Numbered from the stretch's first letter, positions 1 to 31,743 are shown. The stretch: 64,000 nt of DNA from the human T2T-CHM13v2.0 reference genome, Homo sapiens (GCF_009914755.1 NC_060932.1); one strand, 5' to 3'. Notes: generated from the letters alone by a model not told the origin. Numbers and translations are program-made.

Positions 1-3000
1 GGCCAAGGGAACACAAGGGTAGGGACACAGAGGTATGCTAAGAGTGAACACCAGCGTGCAGTGAGGTTCCACGGGCTTTGGAGTGCAGGGCTTTTTAAAA
101 CTTGCTGAAGCTGCCAAACCAGTGTTGTGTTCTCACATCCCAGAATCCTAGCATTGTTGGGGGCAAAGCCCAGTGAAACAATCAAATACTGATCCCCAGG
201 GTAGAAGGAGACCTCCTCCCTAATCCCACGCTCTAACCCACACAGAAAGCACCACAGTTCTGGAACCTGTGTAGTTCACTGGATAAAAATATGAAATTTA
301 AAAATGCATGTAAGGAGAGGTTTTTCAAGTGTTTTGTCTGTTTTGCTGTGGAGCCCCAGAAATCTGAGAGCAATTCCAGCTTCCTAAGGAAAGGAGGTAA
401 TCCTAGGGTCAGGAGGAGCTCATAAAGCTGTTGAAGCTACCCTGAGCTGAGGAGTGGGTGAGTCAGCCCAGCCCATGGAGGGGTGTGTGAGGATGCCTTC
501 GAACTTCCTCACCCCTCTCAGAAAGGCTGCACCTGAGCCGCATTCCAGAGACGTTTGGGATACCAACACACGTGGGAAACACACATGAAAACAGATCTCA
601 GCCCTCCCTCCTCCCTGGGGCCAGCAGAGGAGCTCTAAGGAGCTTAAAGAGGAAGAAGACTCCCACCTTCCATACCTTCCTCTGCCCTGGCAGATGGAAG
701 GGAGAGTTACCCGGGTGCAGGGGCTGACCTCTCAAGTTAAAAGCTCAGGTTTCTTGTTCTTGGTGCCCAGGTTTGCTAAACAGCACCATCTGCTGCCTCA
801 GAAGTCATGCAACTGGAAAGTAGCAATGCACATGTGAACCTTCCAGGTTCCCGATTAGGGTGCGCCCGTGAGACTCTCCTGAAAGGCAGAGGGCAGGATA
901 CACCTGCAGGCCAGCTTTGTGCTCCCTCCTCCCGCCCTTCCAATTAAACTCACTTTTTTTTTCTTTTTCTTTCTTTTCTTTTCTTTCTTTCTTTCTTTCC
1001 TTTTTTTTTTTTTTTTTTTTTGAGACAAGTCTCACTCTGCTGCCCAGGCTGGAGTGCAGTGGCACAATCTCAGCTCACTGCAACCTCCGCCTCCTGGGTT
1101 CAAAGCAATTCGCCTGCCTCAGCCTCCCGAGTAGCTGGGATTACAGGCGCATCCCACCATGCCCAGCTAATTTTTGTATATTTAGTAGAGACAGTGTTTC
1201 ACTATGTTGGCCAGGCTGGTCTCAAACTCCTGACCTCAGCCTCCCAAAGTTCTGGAATTACAGGCATGAGCCACTGTGCCCGGCCCTTCAATTAAACTTA
1301 CCCATTTTCTATAGCTTTACACTAATTCCAGCACTGGCACCATCAGTGATCCCACCATCATTAACTTACCATTGACAAAACAGGCCCTAGACCAAAGTCT
1401 GTCATTGAGCTTCTGCACTTTCTAGAAGGTAGGGATGGGTAACTGCCCAGGGTCTGGTAGGGTAGACCCTAAACATTCTCATGGAGGATATGATGGCCAG
1501 TAACTAAAAATTATGGTGAAGGCCAGGCACAGTGGCTCACGCCTGTAATCCCAGCACTTTGAGAGACCAAGGCAAGAGGATCACTTGAGGCCAGGAGTTC
1601 GAGACCAGCCTAGGCAACATAACAAGACCTCACCTCTAAAAAAAATTTAAAAATTAGCTTGGCCTGGGCTCACCCCAGGAGGTCGAGGATGCAGTAAGCC
1701 ATGAACGTGCCACTGCACTCCAGCCTGGGTGGCAGAGTGAGATTTTGTCTTAGCATTTAAGTGTCTTACATTTAAGTTCAGTAGTGTTACGTACACTGAC
1801 ATTGTTGTGTAACCAATCTCCAGAGCTCTTTTCCTCTTAGCCCCAGTAACATTTCTAGGCCATTCTCCCCCTCCTCCCATTCCAACCTCTATTTCTGCTG
1901 CAATCCACAGAGTTCTTCTTGGTCACCATATATCTTTCATTGATACCATGAATCTTTGTGAAGCTCACAAAACATGCTCCTGTTCACTTAGTCATTTCTC
2001 ACTGCTCACAGACTGACTTTAAGTACTGGCTGAATTTTTTTTTTTTTTTTTTGAGACGGAGTCTTGCTCTGTCGCCCAAGCTGGAGAGCAGTGGGGTTCA
2101 AGCAATTCTCATGTCTCAGCCTCCCGAGTATCTGGGTTTACAGGGGCACACTGCCACGCCTGGCTAATTTTTGTATTTTTAGTAGAGACAGTGTTTCACC
2201 ATGTTGGCCAGACTGATCTCAAGCTCCTGGACTCAAGTGATCCATCCCTTTTGGCCTCCCAAAGTGCTGGGATTACAGGCGTGAACCACCTCACCCAGCC
2301 TGATTTTGTTTCTTTCTCTCCCTGACCCCCTTAGAGCAGTTATTATTTCCTTCTCCTGGCACCTCCTGACAAAGGGAAGGCAGGAAAAGGGGAAAGAGTT
2401 GAGGTCTGTTTTTCTGCTGCTGCAGCTCTGTGAGAGACCTCCCGGGAAGGTACTGAAGGTGTCATCCAGGCTACCTGGGTCTTGGGAACACTTAGGCGGC
2501 ACTGGAAGGGCATCTCTGCATCCAAGAGCCCCTGAGATTGTAGGCAAGTGTTGTGTGCATGTGAGAATATATATCTTTCTAGACAGACAGTTGCTACCTT
2601 TCATCAGATTCTAAAAGGTTCTCTGACCCAGAAAACGTTAAGAGCCACTGATATCCACCATTGGAGACTGGCATCAGGACTTCCATGTATCTAGCTCCTT
2701 CCTTGAACAATCGAGGGCTGTGAACCACACGATGCCCAGTGGTACCCCCTGCTTCGTATGTGCCCATGGTTGTGGAGGGAGAGAGTGAGGACATTAGAAA
2801 GTACAGGGGCATCACAAAAGGGAAATTTAAGCAAAGAGCTAGGAAGAAAGATTGAGTGGGATCGTGAGATAAGGATTCTCATCTGCAGACATTCTTGGGG
2901 AGCCAGATAAATGAAGAGGCTACACAGCAAACCTTTCATGACCCACAGTGGCTGTCGTGGCTTCTTGAGTTCCCTCCTGGGGACTTTAGTGATGAATGAA

Positions 3001-3037
3001 ACTTCTAGAAATTCTGGAAGATTTCTGCTAATAATAA

Positions 3038-3731
<694 letters not shown>

Positions 3732-4404
3732 TAAAGTAGGGATTTTTACCCCCATCTTACAGAAGAGAAAACCGAGCCTTAGTGAGAATAGAGAACTTGC
3801 CCAAGGCTCCACAGATCAATGCAGAACACAGATGTGAACTCAGGTCTGTTTCAGGCCAAAGCACAGTCTCCTAACCACTAGACTATCCTTTTTAATTGTA
3901 GTAAAATGGAGAAATGCTAATTTTTCTTAAGCACAGAACATACTCCCACTGACCAAGGAAATCCACTTTCGTTGGAGGAATACTAACTAAGCCACTCAGC
4001 TGTGTATCCGGGGAAGTGACACCCCCAGAGGTCGTGCTCTCCAAACTGCCTTCTAAAGGCAGGATTATATTGAAGGGACGGTATAAGCTTGGGGTCTGAG
4101 CTGATCTGTTCAAGGCCATTAAGAGATGTGAGAGATTCTAACAGAAACAAGCAAGAGGAAGAGGAGGAAAACAAGGCCACTGGTAGATCAGGGGAGTCTA
4201 GTGGGGATTTATTAAATTTCCCATATGGGGTAATCCACTTCTCCATGTTCCCGTGACAGCTTCAGTGCTGTGGTGTGGGACCAGTTTTGCAGGAACTCTG
4301 GGATGTGCTGAGTGTGTCTCAAAGAAGGGATAGCCCAGGCAGCAGTGGGAGGCCCGCCCCCACTCAGAACTCGGTATTTATTGTTCTGAGTGCCAGGCCC
4401 TGGT

Positions 4405-4840
4405 TTCTTCTAGAAGTGTTATAATTTTATGTTTTACATTTAGGTCTATGATCAGTTTTTAATTAAATTTTATATATGGTGCAAGGTATGAATTAAAGCT
4501 CTTTTCTTTCTCTCTTCCTTTCTGAATTTCTTTCTTTTTTTGCGTGTGTTTATCCAATTTTTACAGCACTATTCATTGCATTGCCTTTGTATCTTTGTCA
4601 AAAATCAGTTGTCCATATGTAGATGTGTTTATTTCTGGACACTCTATTCTGTTCCACTGATCTGTTTGTCTATGTTTATACCACACTATCTTGATTACTA
4701 TTGCTTTATAAGACTTGAAATTAGATAATGTTAGTATTCTGACTTTGTTCTTTTTCAAGATAGTTTTGGCTATTCTAGGTCTTTTGCTTTTCCATATGAA
4801 TTCTAGAATCAGCTGTCAATATCTACAAAAAATACCTGGT
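4405..4840 (-). mobile_element. Old LINE-1 fragment (ORF2 C-terminal region)
   Basis: ORF 4573..4758 reads [26 protein letters not shown]...YGQLIFDK, a recognisable L1 ORF2p segment. Confidence 0.9.
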
Positions 4841-5109
4841 GGTATAATGCTTGATTTGAAAACCTGAATTTGTTCCAACACTATTAATATGTTAGGAAAC
4901 AGTTTGAGCATAACTTATATGTGATTTCTTCTGCAAGAAAGTGAATACAGACAACTGGCACCTAGTTAAACAGAGCCATGTAGGAATATACAACACAAAA
5001 ACAACTCCCCTCCATATCTACCAGCTACTTCAGTTCATGTCATCTGATATAAGCCACACTGCTATGGACTGAATTGTGTCTCAGAAGTGGAATTGCTAGA
5101 TCATATATA

Positions 5110-9750
<4,641 letters not shown>

Positions 9751-10671
9751 TCTCCCCATATCTTTACTTTCCTTCATACCCAGGCCAAATCCCATGTCCA
9801 GAACAGCAGTTGCTGCCTGCAGATTCTCATCTCTCTCTGGCCTGTCTCCTCAGTCATACTTTCCTGTAGAATCTCAGTCCTAATTACACCTCACTTCTCT
9901 CTTACTCTGAGTCTGCATATAAGTAGCTGAACTTTGCTGGAGAAAACCATGAACCTGACTCAAATAGACACTCAGCACAGGTGAGCAATCTTGTTAATCC
10001 TCTTCCCCCACTCTTAGTTAATCCTCTTCCCCACCCTTCAGGAGAAGCAGAGCAATGAGTCTTGGGTCCTGATGTTTCCATTTCTAGCCAGCATCACAGA
10101 CTGCCTCTTCACTTCCTGCCCCTTGGATGCTAATGAGATTGACTCATCTTTATTGTTTGTTGTGTCTTTCTCCACATGCTTGTGAATTCTTTCAGTTTGC
10201 ATTATTTGATTAATGATGAATAATTTCAGGTATTCGTGTTTTTTTTTTAGGAAATTGCTCACCTATGTCCTAAGCCCACTTTTCCATCAGGATCTTCTTC
10301 TTTATGTCATATATATATTGCAAATCTACTAGTTTTTGGTCCATTTGTGTTTTGTTTTGTTTTGTTTTGTTTACTTAGGAGCCAAATAGGAAATAATTGT
10401 CTAAAAGCAACAGTGAAATGAAGCAAATGAATCTGTGAATTAAATTGGTGACATGACCACACACAGGAACTATTCCAAATATCTTTAAAATGAGTAATTT
10501 AGCTATACATCCTTAGAGGGATATATTCTTTTATTTTTCTTTTTGAGACAAGGTCTTTCTCTGTCACCCAGGCTGGAGTGCAGTGGTGCAATCACGGCTG
10601 ACTGCAGCCTCTGCCTCCCAAGTTCAAGTGATCCTCCCACCTCAGCCTGCCTCCCGCTGCCACACACCTGG

Positions 10672-10836
10672 TCTTGTCTGTCTCGTCTCGTCTCATCTCG
10701 CCTTATCTCGTCTTGTCTTTTCTTTCTTTTTTTCCCTCTCTTCCTTCCTTTCCTTCCTTCCTCCCTCCCTTCCTCCCTTCCTTCCTTCCTTCTTCCCCCC
10801 TCTCTCCCTCTCCCTCCCTCTTTCTTTCTTTCTTTT
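10672..10836. repeat. (TCTCG)n and CCTT/CCCT polypyrimidine expansion in an Alu middle linker
   Basis: Low-complexity tract between the two arms of a minus-strand Alu. Confidence 0.85.
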
Positions 10837-11093
10837 GAAATGGGGACGGGGTTTTGCTCTGTTGCCCACGCTCATCTCAAGTTTCTGGGCTCAAGCGATC
10901 CACCTGCCTCGGCCTCCCAGAGTGCTGGGATTACAGGCATCAGCCACCGTGCCCTGCTCCCCAGGAGGATATATTCTAAGGACACCAAGGCTGAAAAAAG
11001 TTTTTAGGCCAGACACTGTGGCGCACACCTGTAGTCCTAGCACTTTGGGAGACTGAGGTGAGAGGATCCCTTCAGTTTAGGACTTCGAGACTA

Positions 11094-11312
<219 letters not shown>

Positions 11313-11453
11313 TTAAATCATTTCCAGTAATCGTATCAGTATTGGTATTATTTTTCAGAGGCTATCGTATGGGTAATGTCAGTTAAAGCAAATAAGCGAC
11401 TACACTTGTGTGGTCGAAACTAGGATTTTTGGTATGAAAGAAAGGAGATTGGC

Positions 11454-13282
<1,829 letters not shown>

Positions 13283-14385
13283 TCATCTCTAAATATTTTA
13301 AATTATAAAATTGTTTAAATATTAAACTTGAATCTGATCAAGTCTCCAGATTTAGATTGCTATTTTCATGAAATGCAACGAGACAGAGGAACATGTTAAA
13401 TGATATCATGAAGATGAAATCAGCAAAATTCACTCCGTGGGAAACCTGACAAGACAAAAGATCCAGTTCTTCAATTTTAAAAAATTGCAAGTCAAAAAAA
13501 GATGGAGGGGGAAAGTATAGATGAAAAGAAACATAGAAGACAAAATAATTGCTCTAGCTATCGGGGCAAGGAGAATTAAGCTTTACCTTTATATGGGAGG
13601 AGTGCCAAGAATTTTCAGAAAATGTTTAAAGCCATCACAATAACTAATTACCATATGTGATTTAGTATTTAAAAACTATTTTTTTTTTAAGAGAGATGAG
13701 GTCTTGCTGTGTTGCCCAGACTGGCCTCGAATTCCTAGGCTCAAGCAATCTTCCCACCTGGCCCTCCTGAGTACCTCCAGAGAAGCTGGGATTATAGGCA
13801 CATACCACTGCACCTGGCTTAAAAAAATTTTTTTTAAATAATAATAATACAAATATTCAGGAAATGTACATTTATGATATTATATACATGAACATATGAT
13901 ATTGGATATATTATGATATCAAGCAATTGTTGATTTGGAGGTGTATGATGATGGTGTTGTGGTTATTTTAAGAGAGGAAGCCCTTGTCTTTTAGACACAC
14001 ATACAAAAATATTTACAGATGAAAATATGTGATGATTTGCTTCAAAATAATTTGGAAATATGTGTGGAAATGTAAAGGAAACAAGATTACCTACAATGCA
14101 ATCATGGACATTGGATGATGGGTATAAGGAGACTCATATAATTCTTCCTACTGTGTTTGCAAATGTTTACAATAAAACGTTTTAAATCATTAATACTTTA
14201 AACAAAGAGGGCCAGGCACGGTGGCTCACACCTGTAATCCCAGCACTTTGGGAGGCTGAGGCAGGCAGATTACCTGAGGTCAGGAGTTCGAGACCAGCCT
14301 GCCCAACATGGTGAAACCCTGTCTCTACTAAAAATACAAAAATTAGTCAGGCATGATGGCACGCCCCTGTAGTCCCAGCTACTCA

Positions 14386-14637
<252 letters not shown>

Positions 14638-14640
14638 TCA

Positions 14641-14802
<162 letters not shown>

Positions 14803-15350
14803 TTAAGTGAATCTTGAGTGTGAAGTCAATAGTGGGGAATGGAAGCCAATTAGGAACAAAGGTTGAGGATAACCAGTCTGTCCGCCAAATCCTGCCAGCA
14901 TCCTGGGCTGGGTACACTAGAAATCCTTGTGGCTCATGTAATCCACTAGTAAGAAAGGTCAAAGACAATAGTCTTGCTTTAGTAGTTCAAAGCTTTCTGA
15001 CCTCCGTAACATGAGAGTCCATGATTTTCTTAGGCTCAGGAGGGTGGGGAGAACGTTGGCTGAATAAATTATCTCCTCATGCTAGTACGCCTTTGAGAAC
15101 AGTTAAAACCTGCCATCTGCAAGCACTGAGGGTTCTCTAGAGTTATTCTGACATTGGGACAAGAAGCCTTTAGAACCTGGGGACAAAGGAGCCATCAGAA
15201 GACCTGAAGAAGAACCTGAGACTGTGGACAAATACAGGGGCTCAAAATAAAACCCATCTCTAAACAACAGGAAGCCAGAGGAGATGGCTATGTTTGTTCT
15301 ATGAACTTTCTTGCAAGCCTCCTCACAATCACCTCTAGTCAGATGCCCTG

Positions 15351-15708
15351 TGTATTAGCTTGTTTTCACACTGCTAATAAAAACATACTGAGATTGACTA
15401 ATTTATAAAGAAAAAGAGGTTTAATGGACTCACAGTTCCACGTGGCTGTAGAGGCTTCACAATCATGGAGGAAGGCAAAAGGCACATCTTACATGGTGGC
15501 AGACAAGAGACAAGGAGAGCCAAGTGAAAGGGGAAATCCCTTATAAAACCATCAGATCTAATGAAACTTATTCACTGTCACGAGAACAGTATGGGGGAAA
15601 CCACCCCCATGATTGAATTATCTCCCACTGGGTCCCTCCCACATGTGGGAATTATGGGAGCTACAATTCAAGATGAGATTTAGGTGGGGACACAGCTAAG
15701 CCATATCA
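15351..15708 (-). mobile_element. THE1 MaLR solo LTR
   Basis: tgtattag...gaggtttaatggactcacagttccac...ccatatca; near-TSD CCCTG/CTCTG. Confidence 0.9.
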
Positions 15709-15934
15709 CTCTGCTACCTCTCATAAGAATTACGGTCTTTGGGAAGGGGATTTTCTTTTCCAGGCAGGAGCCTACTAACCTTGGCAGCCAGGTTTTTGGA
15801 TCTCAAGCCCAACCCTATGAGGCTGATCACTTGTCTGTACTCCCTGCAGGAGCCATCCTCAGGGGATGCAAGGAAGCTGAAAATGGGCTTGCCTGAATCT
15901 TCCTGCTAAACCCAGCTCTGAATCTAATTGAACG

Positions 15935-16470
15935 TGTGTGTTGGAGGTCTCTGAGGCCACCTGCAGGCTCTCACAGGACTCAGCATAGCTGTTACACTTG
16001 TGGTTACGGTTTATTACAGTGAAAGGAAACGGGGTGAAATCAGCAAGGGAAAAAGGCACAGGGTGGAGTCCACGAGAAACCAGGCACAAACTTCCAGCTG
16101 TCTTCACTGAGTGGATTCACACAGAACAGTGCTTAATTCTCTCAGCAACAGTGTGTGACAACACATGTGAAGTGCTGCCAACCAGGGAAGCCCCCCTAAG
16201 CCTTGGTGTCCAGAGTTTTTATTGGGGATCAATTACATAGTCATGCAGTACCCATATAACGGACCTTAGCTGCTCAGTCTCCAGCCCCAAGAAATCAAAC
16301 TAATAGATGCATCCCAAGGTCTTGGGCCACAAAGACACTCTTATCAGGTAGGACACTCAAGGGTCTGGATGCACACCCCAGGAGCCAGTGAGGCCCAGTC
16401 CTGAAGACCCTTGGAATATGCAGGGTTTGGGTAACTAAGTCCTCCTGGGCTAACCCTTTACTGAAACACT
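15935..16470 (-). mobile_element. MER21-like LTR fragment
   Basis: ...caggactcagcatag...gtttattacagtgaaagg...ccttggtgtccagagtttttattggg typical of the MER21 family. Confidence 0.6.
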
Positions 16471-16521
16471 TATTAGCACTTACTACATTTCACCTTTTAT
16501 TGTTATCTACATTTTTATCAT

Positions 16522-18170
<1,649 letters not shown>

Positions 18171-18708
18171 TTATCATGTCAGTGACACTTGCTCAGGTTG
18201 TTATTGACCTAGGATATCCTTCCAGCTTCTATTAGTTATTATTCATCCAATCCATTCATCTGTCTATCAATATCCCAATCAAGTGCTACCTCCTCATGAG
18301 ATGCTCCCCATCTATTCTGGCCCACTTTGACGTATTTCTTTTCTAAATTCCTGGCACATTTTCTGTTTATATATTCTGACTTCTGTCACATTCAGCCTTA
18401 AAATGTTACTTAAGTGTTTTATGTGACTAAGGCTTGTCTCCCAACTAGACTGTAAGTGTCTGGAGAAAACAGGCTGGTTTCTACCTGTTTTTTGTACTCC
18501 CTTTCACGGCCAGCTCAGGGCCTTAATGTAGTAGGTGCTCAATAAATATGAGATGGCCAATGAAGGTAGATACACCCTTCCCCTCTGGGCCTTTCTCTCT
18601 CTCTTTCTCTCTGTCTCTTTCTCTGTACTGAGGCCAGACCACTGCTTCATAAATAAGCAAAGAAATGAATTGTAGTAATGAATAATCAGCACAAGATTTT
18701 TGCAAAGA

Positions 18709-24429
<5,721 letters not shown>

Positions 24430-24789
24430 AACTGAAACGAAACTGGAGCCAAGACTATGTGTCTCTGCTCCTGTGTTCCGCTTCTGCCCAGAAGTCTTCC
24501 TCCAAGGCTGGGCCGGGCAGTCCTGCCTCTTCCTGGAACCTTGGCAGCCCCAGTGCAGAGGCGCTGGACAACGGGTTGCCAGGGCAACAGAACCTCATGA
24601 TCTTTGTGGTGGCGATCCACAGGGGCCACAGGAACATTCCAGGGTACTTGAGGAGAATCCCCTCAGACAGCGGGCAGGGCAGGATAACAATCTCCGGAAT
24701 TCCCAAGCCCGTTTCCCTCACTCAATGCCTTCTCTTCTCTAGCCCCAGGTGGCTCAGTCCAAAGTAACAAGCCCACTCCTTAGATGACA

Positions 24790-24946
24790 GGGCAAGGATA
24801 ATGGGAGATTACTTAACAGATACAATGTACATTGTTGGGGTTATGGATACCCTAAAAGCCCTGACTTCACCACTATGCGATGTATGCATCTAACAAAATT
24901 ACACTTGTACTTCACACATTTATACAAATTAAAAAAAAAAAAAAAG
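24790..24946 (+). mobile_element. L1 3'-end fragment with poly(A), just upstream of GOT1L1
   Basis: tacaatgtacattg...cctgacttcaccactatgc...aaaattacacttgtac followed by an A-tail. Confidence 0.8.
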
Positions 24947-25486
24947 AAAGAAAGACATAGGGCAAGGCAGGCAGCCAATAAGCCAGATAGGGCTTCTCCT
25001 GCAGAAGCAAAAACCCCAGATCACACACCAATGCAAGTCGAGGCATTGATTTCCATTTTGCAAAGTGCCCCAGATTTCAAAAGGAATAAAAAGCAAACAC
25101 TGTTTTCTTCCACAGTTGTTTTAATAAAGAATCCTATTATTAGAATATAATTGGCAACTCACTAAGCCAGTCCTATTTCTCTCAGTTATCTAGAGCCAAG
25201 ACTTCTACATATGTTTGTTAAGTTTCTTTTTCTTTCTTTTTTTGGTTTTTTTTTTTTTTGAGATGGAGTCTCACTTTGTCGATAGTCTCGAACTCCTTGC
25301 CTCAGGTGATCTGCCTGCCTTGGCCTCCCAAACTGCTGGGATTACAGGCATGAGCCACCACACCTGGCCATTTGTTAAGTTTCAATGACAGCCAACTAGT
25401 AAGTATAGACAGCAGAGGCCAAGGGGAGAAAAGAGCCAGCCTCTATAGAGTCAGTCTGCATATTGCTTGCTTTCTTTTCCTTTTGA

Positions 25487-25711
<225 letters not shown>

Positions 25712-26112
25712 TGATCAGGCTGGTCTCAAACTCCAGACCTCAGGTGATCTGCCCACCTGGGCCTCCCAAAGTGCTGGGATTACAGGCGTGAGTCACTGCG
25801 CCCGGCTTTTTTTTGTATTTTTAGTAGAGACAGGGTTTCACCACGTTGGCCAGACTGGTCTCAAACTCCTGACCTCAAGTGATCTGCCTACCTCAGCCTC
25901 CCAAAGTGTTAGGATTACAGGCATGAGCCACCACACCCAGCCTGATGTTAAATAACTCTTTAAATGATTGTTGCAAACACTGTTGATGTCTCACCCAGAA
26001 GGCCTTCACCACCAATGTGCCCGGCCCCAGCTGCTGCTTCGCTGGTGGACAAGGCTTATATGCCTGTGTTCTCTGGAGAATTGTGCTTGGCTGGCAGGAG
26101 TCAGCTAGCCTA

Positions 26113-26325
<213 letters not shown>

Positions 26326-27412
26326 TTAAAATTAGCTGGGCGTGGTGGTATTGCAGTGAGCTATGATCATGGCACTGCACTCCAGCCTGGTTGACAGAGT
26401 GAGATCCTGTCTTTAAAAAAAAAAAAAGGTCGGGCACGGTGGCTCACACCTGTAATCCCAGCACTTTGGAAGGCCAAGACAGGCAGATCACAAGGACAGG
26501 AGATTGAGACCATACTGGCTAATGGGGTGAAACCCCGTCTCTACTAAAAATACAAAAAAAAAATTAGCCTGGCTTGGTGGTGGGCGCATGTAGGGAGGGA
26601 GGCTGAGACAGGAGAATTGCTTGAACACGGGAGGCAGAGGGCACAGTGAGCCGAGATCTCTCCACTGCACTCTAGCCTGGGTGACAGAGCGAGACTGTCT
26701 CAAAAAAAAAAAAAAAGGAAAAGAAAAAGAAAAAAGGCCAGCCCCCTTGTCTCGGTTCACCTCTGTGGCTCAATCTACACTTCAGGGCCCATTCCCCAAC
26801 CAGGCGAAGCCTAGACTTGACCTGAGGCCACATCCTTGCTTGGTTCCTTCCCCTTCACAATCCTGCTTCCTTCACTCCCTTCCAGGTTCTTCCTGAAGGG
26901 CACTCCTTCCCTAAGTCACATGCCCAGGAACTCCTGTCTCAGGCTATGCTCCCAGGGAACCTGTTTTGAGGCAAATGATTATGAAAGTAGTCCGTATTAT
27001 TGTAGAAAACTCAAAAGCATCAAAAAATTATAATGAAGCACACAAATTCCCTACAACCAATCCATAACTTCAGTCCGGGTGCACCTCCATCCAGTTTCTA
27101 TTCTTTGACATTTATATTTTAAGGTAATTGCTATCAACATTTATGTGTCATTTTCATCATACTTTCTTCACTTAACATTTCAGCTGTGAGGATTTTATTG
27201 TGTGCCAGTGAGAACCTTTTATGCTGCAGGTAATTTAAAAAAGACCTAGTCCAAACCAGCTTGAGCAACAGAGAGAAAGTATTGGCACCTAACTGGGAGG
27301 GCCAGGGTACATCTGACTCCAGTCGGAGTTCAGTCCAGAGGGACACAGTTATCATCAGGGCCCCAGCTTCATTCTCTGGCATCCCCTTGGCTCTAGTGTC
27401 CTGGATGCGTCA

Positions 27413-27631
<219 letters not shown>

Positions 27632-27634
27632 TCA

Positions 27635-27739
<105 letters not shown>

Positions 27740-28182
27740 TCAAAAAAAAAAAAAAGTGGATGATGGATGGGATGCAGCACATAAACGAAGTGATACACAC
27801 TTAAGGAATCTACATGTCAGCTTTGTTTGCAAATAAACCAAATACCAATTACCGAAGGAATGTTTAAATTAATAATGATATCCATGCAATAGAATTCTCT
27901 GAAGCCTTTAATTTTTTTTTTAATTTTTTGCAAAGGTGGGATCTTGCTATGTTGCCCAGGCTGGTCTCAAACTCCTGGCCTTAAGTGATCCTCCCACCTC
28001 ATCCTCCCCATCTGCTAGGATTACAGGCACTTGAGATCCTGTCTCTACCAAAATACAAAAATTAGGCCAGCCACAGTGGCTCACACCTGTAATCCCAGCA
28101 TGTTGGGAGGCAGAGGTGGGCAGATCACTTGAGGTCAGGAGTTCGAGACCAGCCTGGCCAATATGGTGAAACCCCGTCTCTA

Positions 28183-28416
<234 letters not shown>

Positions 28417-28960
28417 TTACTTTTCCTTTCCTGAATTCCCTGGGCCCCTTTGTTGTTTCTCCTTGGCTTCAGTTGAGTCCCTCGCCCATCCCTAATCTTA
28501 ACATGGCTGAGAATGGAATACTCCATCAGTTTAAACCAACCACCTAGAGCCTAGGGTGGTGCCAGCCGAGAAAGATTCCCCCTGAGATTCCAGGTGCTCT
28601 TAGGAATGGGAGAGGGGAGAAGGAATTCTGGGAAGACAGTCAGCAAGTGTTCACTGCATCATTCATTACAAATTATTATTATTATTATTATTATTGTTAT
28701 TATTTGAGACAGGATGTCACTCTGTCGCCCAGGCTAGAGTGCCATGGTGCGACCAAGGCTCACTGCAGCCTCAAACTTCCCAGGATCAGGCCTTAGCCTC
28801 TGGAATAGCTAGGACTATATGTATGCACCGTCAGGCCCAGCTAATTTTTCTAATTTTTGGGAGAGATGGGGTTTCACTATGTTGCCCAGGCTGTCTCAAA
28901 CTCCTGGGGTCAAGTGATCCTCTTGCCTCCAAGTCCCAAAATGCTGGAATTAGACATTAG

Positions 28961-29230
<270 letters not shown>

Positions 29231-29652
29231 TGATCCACCCACCTCGGCCTCCCAAAGTGCTAGGATTACAGGCATGAGCCACAGCACCTGGCCCATCAAA
29301 TTCTTGAAGAGCATCACTTTTAATGGCTATTTTTTTTGTCTGTTGGCCTCACACTTCCAAATCTGGTAAAAATTCCAGGGTCCCCAGTACTGTCCCAGCA
29401 GCAGGGGGAAAAGACGTTTTTCTCTGGACAACTGCAGGCTATGTGGAGTGCCCAGGGCTGGGGAGTGGGAATGAGGAGAGGAGAGGTAAATGGAGAGGAA
29501 AGTTGGCTCATGCCAGAGGCTCTGCCTGGTAGCTGGTCAGCCAGTAAAAGGGAATGACATGCTTGTGGCCCCAAGTTCCCATCTCTCATCAGCCCAACCT
29601 CTTTTATAAGGACACCAATCCCATTCATGAAGGTGGAGCCTTCAAGACTTAA

Positions 29653-29883
<231 letters not shown>

Positions 29884-30463
29884 TAGCCAGGATGGTCTCA
29901 ATCTCCTGACCTCGTGATCCGCCTGCCTCAGCCTCCCAAAGTGCTGGGATTACAGGCGTGAGCCACCGCTCCTGGCAACACTCTTATATTGAGTATTAGG
30001 TTTCATTATACACATTTGAGAGGACACCAGCATTCAGACCAGTGCTTGCTTTGAGAAGAGACATGTGGCTTAAGCCTGGCCTATCGGAGTACTTTCCTGG
30101 GATTTTCTGTTGGAGTTGGAGGAGAAAAAGCACCTGTCATTATTCTCCAGTCATACAATTATAAAGAAATGATCATAAAGCTTCCAGAAGCTACTGGTCT
30201 CTAACATGCAAGAAACTCAGAAAAAAATGACGCCAACTGTATGCAGATGCAGAGAGAAGTTGGAACGAACTTTCTTTGAGTCAAGCCTCTAATTCCTGTC
30301 AGTATCAGTTTGGATTCTTTGTTGCAAGCAACAGAAACTAATTCTGGCTAAGTCCAAGAGGAATTTATTGAAAGGATATCAGGTGGCTATTGTAATTGAC
30401 AGAAAGGCTGGAGATTTCAGAGCAGAGCACCACCAAGACCAAACCACAGAAGGAAGTTGGTCA

Positions 30464-30822
<359 letters not shown>

Positions 30823-31488
30823 TCACGATGTCAGGAGTTTGAGATCAGCCTGGCCAACATGGTGAAACCCCGTCTCTACTAAAAATACAAAAATTAGCCG
30901 GGTGTGTTGGCACATGCCTGTAATCCCAGCTACTCAGGAGGCTGAGGTAGGAGAATAGCTTGAACCCGGGAGGTGGAGGTTGCAGTGAGCCGAGATTCTC
31001 AAGCACTGTACTCCAGCCTGGGCGATAGAGCAAGACTCCGTCTGAAAAAAAAAAAGAGTGAAACTCAGTCTCAAAAAAAAAAATGATGAAATGATGGAAG
31101 CTGGCGAGGAGGATCCCACTGCCAAACACTAGAGGATGTTGTGACCGGCTCCACCCTCACCTTCCTCTGATGGATGCCCTTGCTGCCCCGCAGATCCTAG
31201 AGAGATGGGACCTCGCCACCAAAGCTGCTGCTCTGGGAAAGGATTCTCCAACTGGCCCCAGGCTGAGATCAGGAAGTCTGCGTCTGATTGACTGAGCCCG
31301 CTCATGTGACCCATGCCCTGCCCATGCCCTCGCTAAGGCATAGCTGGAATGAAGGTCTGGTCTTTTCAGCCTCCATGGTGGGAGGTGGGCTCTAGCACCC
31401 ACCAACACTCAGAAAATGAAGAATTTCCCAAGCTTTAGAAGGAGGTTAACAGACCAGGCAGCCAAAAAAGACCAAATTTCAGAATTAA

Positions 31489-31743
<255 letters not shown>

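Noticed and set aside
4841-5060. Possible Tigger-like DNA transposon fragment
   Set aside because: Resemblance only; family and ends cannot be assigned by eye
10740-10830. TTCC-rich tract as a second GGAA enhancer
   Set aside because: Degenerate, with no run beyond a few consecutive units
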